DNA from: Oopsacas minuta
Lineage: Eukaryota > Animalia > Porifera
DNA length: 64,000 nt
Direction: 5' to 3'
NCBI GenBank assembly: GCA_024704765.1
Contig: JAKMXF010000326.1
Span: 1-64,000, forward strand
In this document: positions 12,174 through 25,200 of the stretch, in pieces
Layout of the letters: every line of letters starts with the position of its first letter
Position numbering within the stretch: position 1 is the first letter of the stretch
Translations under genes and position numbers: made by a program
The notes under the pieces: model-generated
What the model was told of the DNA's origin: nothing
What the model saw: the letters and a program-made list of their open reading frames with translations, nothing else
The model's database searches: none

Positions 12174-14825
12174 TAGAACCTATCGCATATGTCAACTCTT
12201 GCATTCTCTATCTTGAAAAGAGTCGGTTTCCACCTGAGGATTCTAGTTACTGGATGTTAACTGTATGTCCATAATAAATAAAGCTTCTTCTCTATATATT
12301 ATATAAGGCAGGAGTGCCAACTATCCAGGTCAACGAGTGTAAAGTTAGCTGATTATTCGACCATATAAACTTCAATCCAAATTTAACCCACTTCAAATTA
12401 TTAAATTTCAACGAATTGATCTAATTCGATAGAGGAGAGTTAAATATTTTATGTAATGTGATCTTTGTGGAAATCTTTACTATTTATGGGAATTTTTGAT
12501 CAATTGCCTATGTATACGAATTCATTAAAATACATATCCTCAAAGTTAGAATTCGATTCTGAATATTAGTATACAGATTTGTACCATATGATTAGAACGG
12601 TTTAATATTATCAATTCAACGAAATAGGTTTATTGATTCACAGAAAATATTCATACACCCCTTCACCAAAATATATGTATTGAAAATATTTCAATCTCCT
12701 GATTTAGTTTTGTTTGCATTGCAATCTTTTTGAATTTGCGTTTGCTCTCATATTTGATATTGTTCATTGCTCTTCACTATTTTGTCTGCCTACCTAGTAT
12801 AATATTTTCATTGATCGGACGTATTCATGATTACCATTGAATTGTTGGATGCTCGCATTGGATTGTACTCTCTTCGGAAATGCTCTAATTGTTCCAGAAC
12901 CTCATTTGAGTCTCTCATTTCTTTTGGTGATATGTCCATACTAATTTCTACTCTGTTTGCCTGTGTAATTTCAATTCTACAGATCTGTTCGCAAATATGA
13001 TGACATATAGCTTATCCTACGAATTCTGGCAATCCATTGGTTGCCGTTTTGGTAACGTTTACTATATCTATATACAAATATAATTATAATATGAACCGAA
13101 AAATGTTTACGTCGATTTGTACACATATATTTGTTTTGTCTCTAGAATTACAAAGGGATATCAGGCTAATGATATGTGAAATGGTCTCCACTAGTTCATT
13201 CTTTTGAAGTTCTCATTAGCAAGTGGTCCAGTATTCCCAGTTCAATTTGGGGATCGATTGGCAAGAAGGTTGTGTGTTATAATAGAGCTGACAAGAGAAT
13301 ATTGTTTGTAGAATATGGTCAACTGTACGCACATCAGGTACTTTTGGTGTTGTAGAATTAAATATACGCAAATATCATCCAGAATTGCGAACCTATTGAA
13401 TGATCCTAATATATCGTAACAACACGAGCACAAGTGTAAAACAATTTAAGAACTTTACTACCAAACCTTTCCCTAAACTATGTGATAGTTCAGGTTTCGC
13501 TTCACATCATAGTCTCAGTCCCAATAATGTGCCACTGGAAAAATAACTAGCCAGGTTCAGGGTCAAAGAGAAGGATATTGCCTGGATGAACTCAGATTTC
13601 CTAGAAGAAGAAAACCACTTAAAAAGGATTTTCTTAGGAAATATACAAAATAACAATTTATCTACTTTGACGATTAGGAAAGCTCCATTCCGGAAAATCA
13701 ACGGAAATGATATTTTAACCGATGAGGGCTTTGCCACCATTGAGTAAATTCTAAAATCTTTAAAAGAGATCCACTAGTGGCTATAACAGCAGGTTTGGAT
13801 AAGTGGAGACGTACATAAATGAAACATTCGGTTTCAATTATTCCATTAGTCACGAAAGAAGGTAATGATTCGACACTTTGAGAATCAGTCATTAGCCCAC
13901 AGTGGAAATAGTTAAATGGATATCTTCCTCTATGAAGCGTAGAAAACTAATCCATATGCCAACTCCCTGTACCTCTATTCTTAGTATTAAGATTTCGTTT
14001 TTCGATGGTGCAATAAATGATTTAGAGATAAGTAAACAAGACGTTCACACTTCGTAATTACAATTAATTAGAGTAAGGCTGCACATGCTAAAGCAGAGGA
14101 ATTAGAAAAACATTCTTAGTGGTAAATTACTGTCAAATTAGAAACTCTACTCACATATCGAGGACTAGATAATTCTTGATTTTTGAATATCGTCAATTCA
14201 TTTTTCCCATTCAATAAGGTGTCTTCCAAAATATTATCATCACAATTCAATTATCTCTACATTATGTTTCATTAATGTTTGGCTTTCAAGTAAGGGAGGA
14301 AAGAGGCGTAAAGGATCGAAGATCAAAGCGCTAGCTGTCAAGATATGACGCTTAGTTAAGGAGATGATTAATCGAGGCTGCAAACAAAAATGAACTTGGA
14401 GTCATTCAAAATGGAACACGAGTAAACTGATATATTTTAAGATTAGATAATAACCCAAGGTACCTTGTATTTTTGAGCTATAGGAATCTCTTAACACCAC
14501 TGTCATCCGAACGAATTGCAATTCGTAAAATGATCTGGCAATATCAACTGTAATTTTTAATTATACTAAGTTGAAATACTTGTAATAATCCAAATATATC
14601 TTTCACAATCACAATACCACGGAAAAATCAGTCATTATGACCATTACCGCCCATTCTATATCTAGCGAAGGTGCCATAAACTATTCTGGTCCTTCATATA
14701 TTAGCGTACTCTGTAATTAATGGATAATGTGCATTCAACGAGTATTTGTTTCCTCATTATCATTGGTAACCCTTACGATGATCCAACCGTACTTGTTCTG
14801 TTGTTAGTTTGCAATACTTCTTATA

Positions 14826-16129
14826 CAGGGTAGCATACGTTCTTTCCCAACAGATAAAAGGCCATAATTTTAGCAAAACTCAATGAATGACTTAAAATCT
14901 TAACACAATAACATACACATTATTTGGATAATAAATTATCATGCTTTTTCAATATATTCACCTTTTTCTTAATTACAGCCCTAAGTCGTGAAACAACCGC
15001 CTCTATTGCCATTGATGGTTTTCTGGGAGATTTCACTTGAAGCAGGTATTATTGATCGCTTCAGGGCCTCCAAATTTTTCTGGGATTTACAACGAGCCTT
15101 TGTTTGTAATATTGACCAAACTGGGAAGTCTAGAGGGTTAAGGTCCAGACTAGATGGGAGTCATAACTGTTTGGAAATAAAGTCAGGAATTTCGGAGTGA
15201 AGCCAGCTTTGAGTGGTATTTGCTGTATGAGCAGGGGCACTGTCTTGTTGGAACAAAAAGGGTTCATTGTTAAACATCGACTTGCCAAGTTCTTTGACTA
15301 TAGGCTTTAGAGCAAGGTTTTGGTAAGTTTGAGCATATATTTTTACCCCAGTTAGGATGAAAACTATCGGAGTCTGGCCAAGTAAGGATATTCCAGCCCA
15401 AACCATAACATAACATGGTTTTTGTACTCTTTTACATATCTGTACTCCTCAGGGATGGCAGACGCTGTAAAAGACAATATTCTGTCGTTTTGTTGATTAT
15501 AAGCTTCCTCTACTATAAATAATATCTCATCTGAGAACAGGGCGTGATCAAGACCTTGGATAGCGAACCGGTCAATGAGACCTTTGCTTCTCTTCAGCCT
15601 CTTCTCCTTCATTTCCTTTGAAATATAGTGTACTTTACGTTTTGTAAATGAGAATAAATCCATGTCTCTTTTGACAATTCTTTGGAGGGAAGAATGAGGT
15701 ACCTTGAGCTCTGAAGCTATTTTTTCACCGATCGACTGGGATTTCGTCATACACGACCTCTTACGATCTTCCTCACCCCTGTTGTCATTGCAAATGCGGG
15801 ACGACCAGATCTGGGCTTGTCAGAGACGCTGCCAGTATCCTTATACCTATTAATGGTACGGTATATAAACTTTCCCCTCGTTTTAGGAATATTGAGAATC
15901 TTCAAAATTTCACTTTGATCTTTCCCTTTTCGAAATAATTCGACAACTGTCACCCTTTCCGTTTCCATCGAGGAATTTGTCTAGATAAAACTATGAGATG
16001 TTAAGATGAACAGTTTAGAATACTTATAAGACTATATAGAAGCTTGAAAAGCAAAACCAATTTCCTAGCTTTACCATAAAATCTATAGTCATGTATTAAA
16101 GTATGGGACAGAACTTATGGGCCGCCCTG
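14826..16129 (-). mobile_element. Tc1/mariner superfamily, DD37D (maT) element, defective
   Basis: Imperfect TIRs CAGGGTAGCATACGTTCTTTCCCA and CAGGGCGGCCCATAAGTTCTGTCCCA; TA flanks; 1304 bp. Confidence 0.9.
14939..15968 (-). pseudogene. DD37D (maT/Bmmar1-like) transposase, frameshifts and stop
   Basis: HTH with KPRSGRP; LFSDE; FQQDSAPAH followed by exactly 37 residues to the D of LDLNPLDF (one W codon mutated to stop). Confidence 0.88.
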
Positions 16130-16879
16130 TATATAAATTTCCATGAATAATGAAATTGGGTAATTCAGATAGGTGTCTTTCAGTTGCTTATGTTGCTGTG
16201 ATATAAGCATGTAAGGATAACAGTCATTCCCTATCATACATCTATCCACTTGATTTCCTTAAGTCAAACGGTTACGTATGTGTTTCTGTCACATTGTATT
16301 GAGCTCCAAGTGAGTAGAAATTAGACAAAGTTGTATTTCCATTGTTTCGAATATTATTATAAAATTATTGTTGATATTTTTCACTGAAACTGGGCACATT
16401 GATAGATCCAATTTTCAAATCAGGGGGAACTATTTGTGCCAGTTTTTGATTAGATTACTATAAATATATACTTTAAATTCAATTCATCAAATTTTGGCAG
16501 CTAGCTAGGATGTTTACGTGAAGAGAAAAAATTACCAGTATTGTAAGTTTCCAAATTGAACAAATGGGTGAATTTCAATGAACTTATTCCAGAATTTCGT
16601 CAACACGGATTCTTCAAAAAAATTGATATAAGTAGGATTAAATTTTTGATTAGTTTTGGGAACAAATTTCCAACAAGATGATCCCAGAATGTCAGGATCT
16701 ATTTGCTATGGCAACGACTAAGAATGCAGCTCAAAATGACTGTTTTATGCCAAAGTTATATTCAAAGGGACTCTATTATAAGCACGTTAAGATGTATACA
16801 GATGGCACATTATAGTATTTAGTTATACCACATTAGTATATTCTTTCGCTATACCACAGTATACCCACATTATACTTAA

Positions 16880-16910
16880 TATGCCTCAATTATGCCTCAA
16901 TTATGCCTCA
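16880..16910. repeat. Short tandem repeat, 11-bp unit TATGCCTCAAT x ~2.8, within a TATACCAC-rich tract
   Basis: Read directly at 16880-16910; the surrounding 16820-16955 has repeated ataccac(a) motifs resembling a transposon subterminal region. Confidence 0.6.
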
Positions 16911-17540
16911 GATATACCTAGCAAATTTACCACAATTATACCAGAACTATACCATGAGTTAGACTAAATATTTTACCTACTTAAATATTACAGGTATGCA
17001 TGCGTCTACTTCAAAATAGTATTGTCAGGTTATCAGTTACATCACACTACACTGAATACTGTTATACAGTTACGTGACGAAACTTAGCGAGCCTATTTCC
17101 GCTCAAATTTCATTAAATAATTCTCATGGCATGCGACTATTCAGTATATCTAGTATAATTGAAATCAAATTTAAGCTGTTCGGAACTGATCACTTGTTTA
17201 GAATATAGTACTTTTTGGAAATACAGTACACACTCGTTAAACCGAAAAGGAGATCCAAATAAATTTCAAATGAAAATTATACGAAATGTCAGTTAAAGAT
17301 GAATAGCCATTAATGGAATTAGACCTGAAATTGTCTGTTGTACTACTCTGAGTATGTTAATCACATTCGATGATTTTCATGATCTTGGTCTAGACCTTTG
17401 AGGGTTCAGAATAGTGAGGTGGTTTTTCCCCATAGGATTTTCAATGGTATTGTACTGTTCTGATTAACGAGGGTGTACTCTACCTGATTTTTTTTAATCT
17501 CAGTAAATTAGCTACCAACTAAATATTCTTTGAGTTAATT

Positions 17541-18685
17541 ATGGCTTCACAATCTACAATAATTGATGGGGAGATGAATGAAGTTGAACTCTCGAGGCAA
17601 ACTAATCCTAAGCGAATACCTCGATGTGATTATATGAAAGCCTTCCAAATAGGAACCAAGGTATCACACATGGTAACCTATATCGGTAGTGTTCTCTATT
17701 CAGAAGACTCATTATTTTTTTCTTCACCTTCACCTCGATTGTATATAATTGACTGTCTTGTGAATAGAAACGAAACATATTTGCCTGAAACTCATGATTT
17801 TATGTATAGTTTAGAGGATGATTGGGTGACTCCACCTTCACTTCCTACGTCAAAATTTCTGAAAACAAATGCTGGGAACACGAATGCGACGAATTAATTT
17901 GGGAAGCTTGGGATTACTCACAATGGCGTTTGCACCATGATTAATGCCAATTCTACCCAAACAAGAAAGGTTATTGACCATCTACAAAACCAATGTCCTT
18001 TCAAAGAAAATAGAAAGAACGCTACCCACTGCAAATCTCTAGTATGAAGCAGTCGGTAATTAATAGCCCCCACCCAGAATTATAGAAAAGCGCTACTAAG
18101 TAACTCTTATAGTCAAGGAGTCTCTTCAATTGAATTTGATAGATACATCAGTATATGTAAAACTGTTCCAACTCTTCAACCGCCTAATACGTTGGGCGGG
18201 TTCCCTTCTAGCCCTCCAACTGATCCGCAAGTGATAATTATCGAAGATTTAGCCGGAAAATTCGCCGTTCAGCTGTCATTACCAGAAGATGGCTTCGAGT
18301 TGAATATAGCTAAACAAATTTAACTACAATTTCTCCGCACTGTCCGTTACCATACCCTCATAGACTTCGAAATGTGATTATTCCTCGTTTATACCAGAGG
18401 GCCAAGTTAGAAATTGAAGATTCTATAAAATTTGGAAATCTGCACAAATTGCAGTTGATACATGACTTGGCCCATCCCGGAGAAGTGAACCTACGCCTTA
18501 CTTTATGTCCATTCTCTGATCCAGCATTGTTCCACGATAGTGAATAAATCGAAGTTCGCAATATTCTCTATGATTACATGTTCGCACCAAGCGAACCACG
18601 AGACCATGAATATTATGGCATTCACTTTTACAATGGACAAAGGCAATATCAGAAAGACTTAAAACACCAGTTGTTAGTTTGATTT
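17541..18685 (+). pseudogene. Decayed ORF of unknown family (~380 codons)
   Basis: One frame runs 17541-~18378 with only scattered single stops, then one shift and ~100 more codons with one stop; protein-like composition; no motif recognised. Confidence 0.4.
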
Positions 18686-19453
18686 ATGATGGAGAGGCAT
18701 CTTTGTTGAAAGGGGCCAGATATGCTCGAAGTTTATGCAATTCATAACTCAAACAGAGTCCTCTATTTATCATGTAGTGTTCTGCACATCTTTTAAATTT
18801 ATTATGCCATAATATCATTACCGTCTTGGGTGCAAAAGTGAAGAAATTGTGGTCTGCATAGAAGATGGCCACTATGACTGATGTCAGATGAAATTCGGCT
18901 TATGAGCCTCTTGACAGTATCACTGCTAATCGTCACTATATCGATGAATATTCTAGGCGAAAGAAATTAGCTCCTTTAATAAGTGGCATTATCCTCAGTA
19001 CTGAGTTTGGGTACGGGGTTAGAAAGTTGTTGGAGGTGATTCGCCCAGTTTGTATTGCTCAATATATAATGCAGAGCGATTCAATTAAGTTTGGAGAAAA
19101 TATCGGCATTATAGTAGGTGTTTCACTTGCTATTGGCCATAGTTCTATTACATAAGTGAATAAATTTCGTGTCATTAGTAAATGTGAACTCGCTTAGATT
19201 TATTGATGAGGGAAATCCAAATTTAGAAAAAATTGGACAATGTTTACGTGCAACAGGATATTGTTGCCATCCTGGTTATCGAGGAATGATACTTTCCTCT
19301 GTTTTGGAATGTCAAAAGATTGCCGAAAATGGCCTAAAGATGTTGCTTGCAAGAAGGCAAAGAGAAGGCCTGAAAGTATCTACAGATGATGTCGCTCACT
19401 GTATTCAACTTGTGTTAGACTTCATAAGTCTGCAAGCGATGTTTGGACTATGA
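18685..19453 (+). pseudogene. hAT transposase internal fragment
   Basis: YDGEASLLKG (second Asp region), CSAHLLNLLCHNI (CxxH), VR*NSAY (degraded TRWNS), LLEVIRPVCIAQYIMQSDS, CHPGYRG. Confidence 0.7.
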
Positions 19454-19479
19454 GCTTTGGTAGCGTCGGAAGAAATCAC

Positions 19480-19522
19480 TAAGGCATACGCCCGTGTGTG
19501 CCCTGGTGTGGCTACGTCACTG
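19480..19522. mobile_element. hAT-type right terminus adjacent to the hAT fragment
   Basis: ...GCCCTGGTGTGGCTACGTCACTG; reverse complement CAGTGACGTAGCC. Partner end not found. Confidence 0.5.
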
Positions 19523-21758
19523 CCTAAAATGCCTTGGCAAATGCTTTGTGAGCGTTAATGAATGAATGTATTACTTATACTAATTGTACAGGGTTGTAAA
19601 GTGGATCATTGTGTAAACTTATATGCTAAGAAAGCGATAAGATGAGGTCATTTTATCATAGAAATAGTTTGTATAGACTGAGTGAGCGAATAGGAAAACC
19701 AATTGGGCCAAGACATATATAACTTCCTAGTAATTGTAGTACACATCGCATGTCTAACCTCACCACATACAAATTATTAGAATTATACAGAACATGCGAA
19801 AATCTAACTCATTAGGAAATTTTCGAAATCAATATTGAGTTTTACATACAACTTCCAACTTTATGGAGGGGAAAAAGTACAAAGGGGTACAATATTCGCA
19901 CAGTTCTGCCAACTAAAATATGGTACTGAACTCATTAAATCTATTTCAAAGAAGGGGTATTATCCAATTGAGTAGCTAGTGTCATTGTATTGGTGTAGTC
20001 AAGATTAGCAATCTCAAAATCCATTACATTGGATTTTCATTATGAGATAAAATTTCAAGACATTAAGACAAGAAAAAAATACGACTTGGCTGGGTCGTTG
20101 TAAAGCTTAACTTTGTTGAAATTATGATTGTTTGTCAATATATTTTCAATACCTAGGAAAAATAGAGAAGAAATCTGTGTTGGTTGAGTATAATGCAGTC
20201 CTTACCATATTAGATACTGAACAAAATCGCTCAATAGTCCCTGTGGTATTAGGAAGAGTTAAAAAATACGATAGAGACCGACAACAGTGGAATAGGCAGT
20301 AGGTATCATGTTTGTAGTGCAGGAGCTTTTAAATAAGGTATAAATAACTCCAAATATCGTGAGGTAAGTGTCAAGATAGTGTTAGAAATTTTACCAAGTT
20401 ATCTTGATCGGACCAGAATGGCCTGTATCAGTTCGGTGAGTCCGAAAATTGGATTTAAATGTCAGGACCGCCACATTGATTAGACCAATCGTTCTGTCGC
20501 GATGGCATAATTGGTCTGAACCAGTCACAGAAATTTCCCAACTACTGCATGCCTGTTAGAAGCACATACACATGTTATGTGAATTTAGAAAAGGTTAAAC
20601 ACACATGGATTCAATTCACCACTCTACAATGTAACTTTTGAAAAACATTTATCATCTAGATCAGTATCATATAAGGTGTCACATCTATGGGTCAGGCCAT
20701 TCAATAGGTCTGGAAAGGTCGAAGATTTTAAACATGCGGTCTGAAGCTGTCCGGACGGTTCCGAATAACCCAATGGTGGTCTCGTTCGTTTGGTAAAATC
20801 AGAGCGCTGCATGTCTGATTCATAGTTTTTCAATCATCTGGCTAACCATGTGTGGGTCAGGTTTAATATAAACATGGGCAGCGCATGCAGAATGGACATC
20901 TAGCTGCTGTTTGAAGTACCCTCAATATTCTGCAATTTAATCCTAACATACGAAACCATTAACATAAACTAATTTCTAATGATTGGTATACCCGCCTTAA
21001 ATAGGGGAATCTATCTAATGTAGAAATGAAAATTGAAAATTGGATTGCAACACACAATACTCGATAATAAACCTAAACCTCTATTACTAAATTTTAGCCC
21101 TAAAAATACTAGGTTTGGATACCAATCCCGAATATGAATATATAGATCAAACTGTTAAAAATTTGATGCTGAGCGAGTATGAGCATAGTAAATAGATCTG
21201 AAATCAACTAAAATAGATAGACTATATTACAACTAGGGCGATTCCTATTGGGTACCAAATTTTAAACACCGATATTTTCAACCTCTAGAGGTCTGATTGT
21301 TTATAGACATTTTCTCTGTAGTAAATTTTGGATAATAAATAAATTATACTGTCAAAATTCACACAATTACGGAAAAAATTGAGCAAATTTGTTTTTTACT
21401 GATCACTCCAACGGAATCTAAAATATATTAAAACTTCATATATCACCTCCAACCCGTGAACTTCTGTATGTTGGAATATGCCTAGTTCTTATACCTCTGA
21501 GATTTCACATTTAAATAGCTTTGTTAAATGAAGATCTGCAAATATTCGTAATTGGTCACAAGTAGCTGCACTGAAATAATTCTTTAGAGCATTGATCATA
21601 ATTTCAAGGATAAAATACTACACTTTTGCTATTATCAATGGTACAAAAAATTATTTTAAGGTTATCTGTCGAGACAGTGGATTTATTAGGACTGGCCAAC
21701 AGATTTTGATACCCTTAAATTGGATAATTATCTTGGTTCAGAGACTATAAACTATGGG

Positions 21759-22264
21759 CTAGGGTGCGACCCGTAAAGCCCGTGGTTCGTGGCCCGCTAT
21801 CAAAGCCCGCGGCCCGCTTATTTATTCCACCAGCCCGTGATTTAGGAAATTTGTTTATTTTATGGCACTGTTGGCTGAATTCGTGAATGTATTCTCAAAG
21901 AATTGAGAATTCCTATAAATTCCGCGTTATAAGATGCGGGAAATCGTGTGCGCAAATAGTATATATATGAAACTTTATATATATGCAACACTTTGATTGT
22001 TTCGTTAGTTACAGATAACACTGACATGATTCTACCTCTCTATGAAGATTATTAGATTAAACGAAAATAAGATTCATAATACTTGTGATACTTACATATA
22101 CTAAAATAGTAATAATTTCATGACCTAATTCTATAATTAAAGTATATTCATCATCTGTAAAATTGTTCTTTTTGACTCTTTTCAGCCCGTTTTGTGCCCG
22201 CGGCCCGTGGAAAAAAGCCCGCAGCCCATGATTTACAATAAAGCCCGCACAGGTCGCACCCTAG
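21759..22264 (+). mobile_element. hAT-family MITE, copy 1 (506 bp)
   Basis: TIR CTAGGGTGCGACC at both ends; perfect 8-bp TSD ACTATGGG; GCCCG subterminal repeats; near-identical inverted copy at 32510-32994. Confidence 0.92.
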
Positions 22265-25200
22265 ACTATGGGTATTGCTGAGATTTGGTTTCACGGTGTG
22301 AATATTGTATATTTCAATGTATTCGCCTACGAGAAGAAACAAGCCTTACAAGATCAGATTTGATATACTGTAACCAGTAAAATATCTATGGATATATATT
22401 TATTATATCTCCCTGCATCTCAAATTTTTAAAAGGAAATTCTTCTGAATTTCTGTTTGGAAATTCGAACAAGGTGGAAAGGTCTATTTGGATATTATTTC
22501 AGAGGTTATTTCAAGCTCCGGTGATCAGAAAAATGCGTAAAATAAGTCATAAAAATTCTGCATAGTATACGAAAATGCAAAATGTAAAGTATATAAAATG
22601 TGTCTAATAATTTATATATTTATCTACTCATACTTACCAACCCCTTATAACTCTTTTCCTGGATATTCTTCTCGGAATCCTAGGATTTTACAATTTCCCA
22701 GGATTTCAAATTTTAAATGCAAATATACAGTTAATGAATTTCCAAGAATGGGGAGTAATCATAAGAATTGGGGACATGACCGCTCTTGGACCGAATTTTA
22801 GTTTACTTTACAAATAGTATCCCACCAATTTAACTGATGTTCTCGCAACGACAACCAGTGAAAATTCAAATATGATAGAGTCGCAAGCGTGTTTTCTTAC
22901 TAAATTTTCATCCCCAGGTTGTAAAGAATTTAGGCATTTCATAGATAATCACTCTGTAAACAGGGGCAGATTCAAGGATAGTAAAGTATTCAAATTTGAG
23001 AAGATGATGTTAGCAAATTCCTTATGTACCATGGATAGCATGTTCAATATTAAATTTTTACAACTCAAAATGTAAATGTTTTGCCAAACAAGTAGGCAAA
23101 ATACGCAGAATATGCCCAATCAAAAATTATGATATGATAGCTCTATCCAACAAGATGTAATCTAAGATATTCGAGTATATAATCATATATAAACCAAGTC
23201 ATAGTGTGTAGAGATACCCTATCAAATGTATTATTTGGATGTGGGAAGTCGGGTATATTCTAGGTATTGGACTGACTGATTTGTCGAAACATTGAAAAGG
23301 ATAATGAAATGTATTAAATATGCCATTATATTAATGGTACCTACAACTTGATCATGTGAATAATAAGATTTTGGGTGAAATATCGTTTGCTCATTGACAA
23401 TGAATTAAGAAATCGTACCGGTAGTGTCATCGTCCTACGGTGAAAATGGATGGAAAAATTTTTTAGGCTAAAAATACATGCTAAGCACAAAATATTACAC
23501 ACTTCGACAAAATTTTGCATTATTGGGATTGATGAAATACATATAACTATTATACAATTTGTCGATGGTGTTTTGGTTTCATTCGGAAATGATTAAGGAA
23601 TATATAAGAGCTAGAGAATCGAAATTTGCCATCTAAGTTGAGTGTGATAAAAGTAGGAACAATTTCTAAGATCTAAGCGATATCTCAAAAAGAGTAAAAG
23701 AAAGTTAACTGATCAGATTTGAGAGTTCAGCAATTAGGGTAATTGTATTCTATTATATGTTATGCTATAACATAGTTCAATTAGGATGCAAAAAATTCCT
23801 CAATTGTTTCAATTGTTAAAATTCCAAATAGTAAAAATAACTGCCACTATATTATACACGATATATACATAGTAAATAAAGATATTTCTGGAATCTAATT
23901 AAAATGTCATGGGTATAAATATATAAATATGTTTAGATTGTATATTGATTGACCAATATAAATTAACTAATATTTATACATTAAAGTATAAATACTAAAT
24001 AAATCGAAAACACAAAATCAGTTAAGTAATATTTCGTGCACATCAAATGAATTGGTACTGGGATACACATGTAAGCACCTTAAATGTATTTCAAAGGGTT
24101 GAAGAGGCCAAAATGGTGAAATAGCCAAATGTAAACGTTAAAGACAGGAAATATTTAACATTTTCGCAAAAGTCCACGAAACTTCATAAAGTAGAATAAA
24201 TTATCAATGCGGTCTAAAGGACCTCTACTCTGAGTCGTTTTCATGCTTCACATCTACTGGATATACTCTTTATCCATACGAGGTATAATGGGGGCTGTTG
24301 AAACGTTACGTAAGGCTACAAAGGTAAGCGGTGGATTATGAAGTGTGATAACTCCATTTTATCTGATATAAAAAAGGCCCAAAAGAGTGACATGTGGTCG
24401 GTGTTAATATTTATGGAATTTGCATAACATTTGAAAGGACTTATACATTTATAATAGTACGGAGCCCCCGAAGGTGCCACCCGCGTACACAAAGTGTTCG
24501 TGAGGCGCGCAACGTAAGAAAGCAAAGCTTGCTTGTCACCATAATTAAGTAATAGATTATTGGGCTAAAATGTGGACACTTGAATTTAGAACTTATGCAA
24601 GTTTCAAGACTCGAGTCCGATCGCTTGCAGTCAATATATATGAACTTCGTAATATTAAACGACAGAATGATTTTCTCAAAGATGACGTTCTGACAACTGG
24701 AATACTGAGGAGTATCTGTAAATGAAATTTCTGCAAATGAATTATTTATCGAACTGGTCTAATTATTTGCTTTGAAAAAATCAAATATGTGAAAATCGCG
24801 TCATATTTAGTTGTAGATGTATATTTAGTCCATAACTCGAAATTGTCCAAGCAGTGCCAAAATATAATTGTATGCAAAAATCAGCTTTAGGGTGCTTCAG
24901 CTTCTTAAATCAATTCTGGAGAGAAAAACAAATCATAAATCAATATCTTGAAGGTTGTATTAAAAAATTTTGTCAAGATAATTGAAGTATTGGTAAGATC
25001 TACGAACTTGAAATTTGGCATGTGTATGCAAATGGTACAAGTAAATGAATCGTAATTTCTAAGACAAAACTCGGATCATCCCTGAGTAAGATGAAAAATT
25101 CTACACTTTGAAAAATGCATTGGGGACCAGTGAAACTGATTTTAGGAATTAGTAAGAGCAACACAATTGTAATTTGATGGGTGTATGGAATCTGATAACT

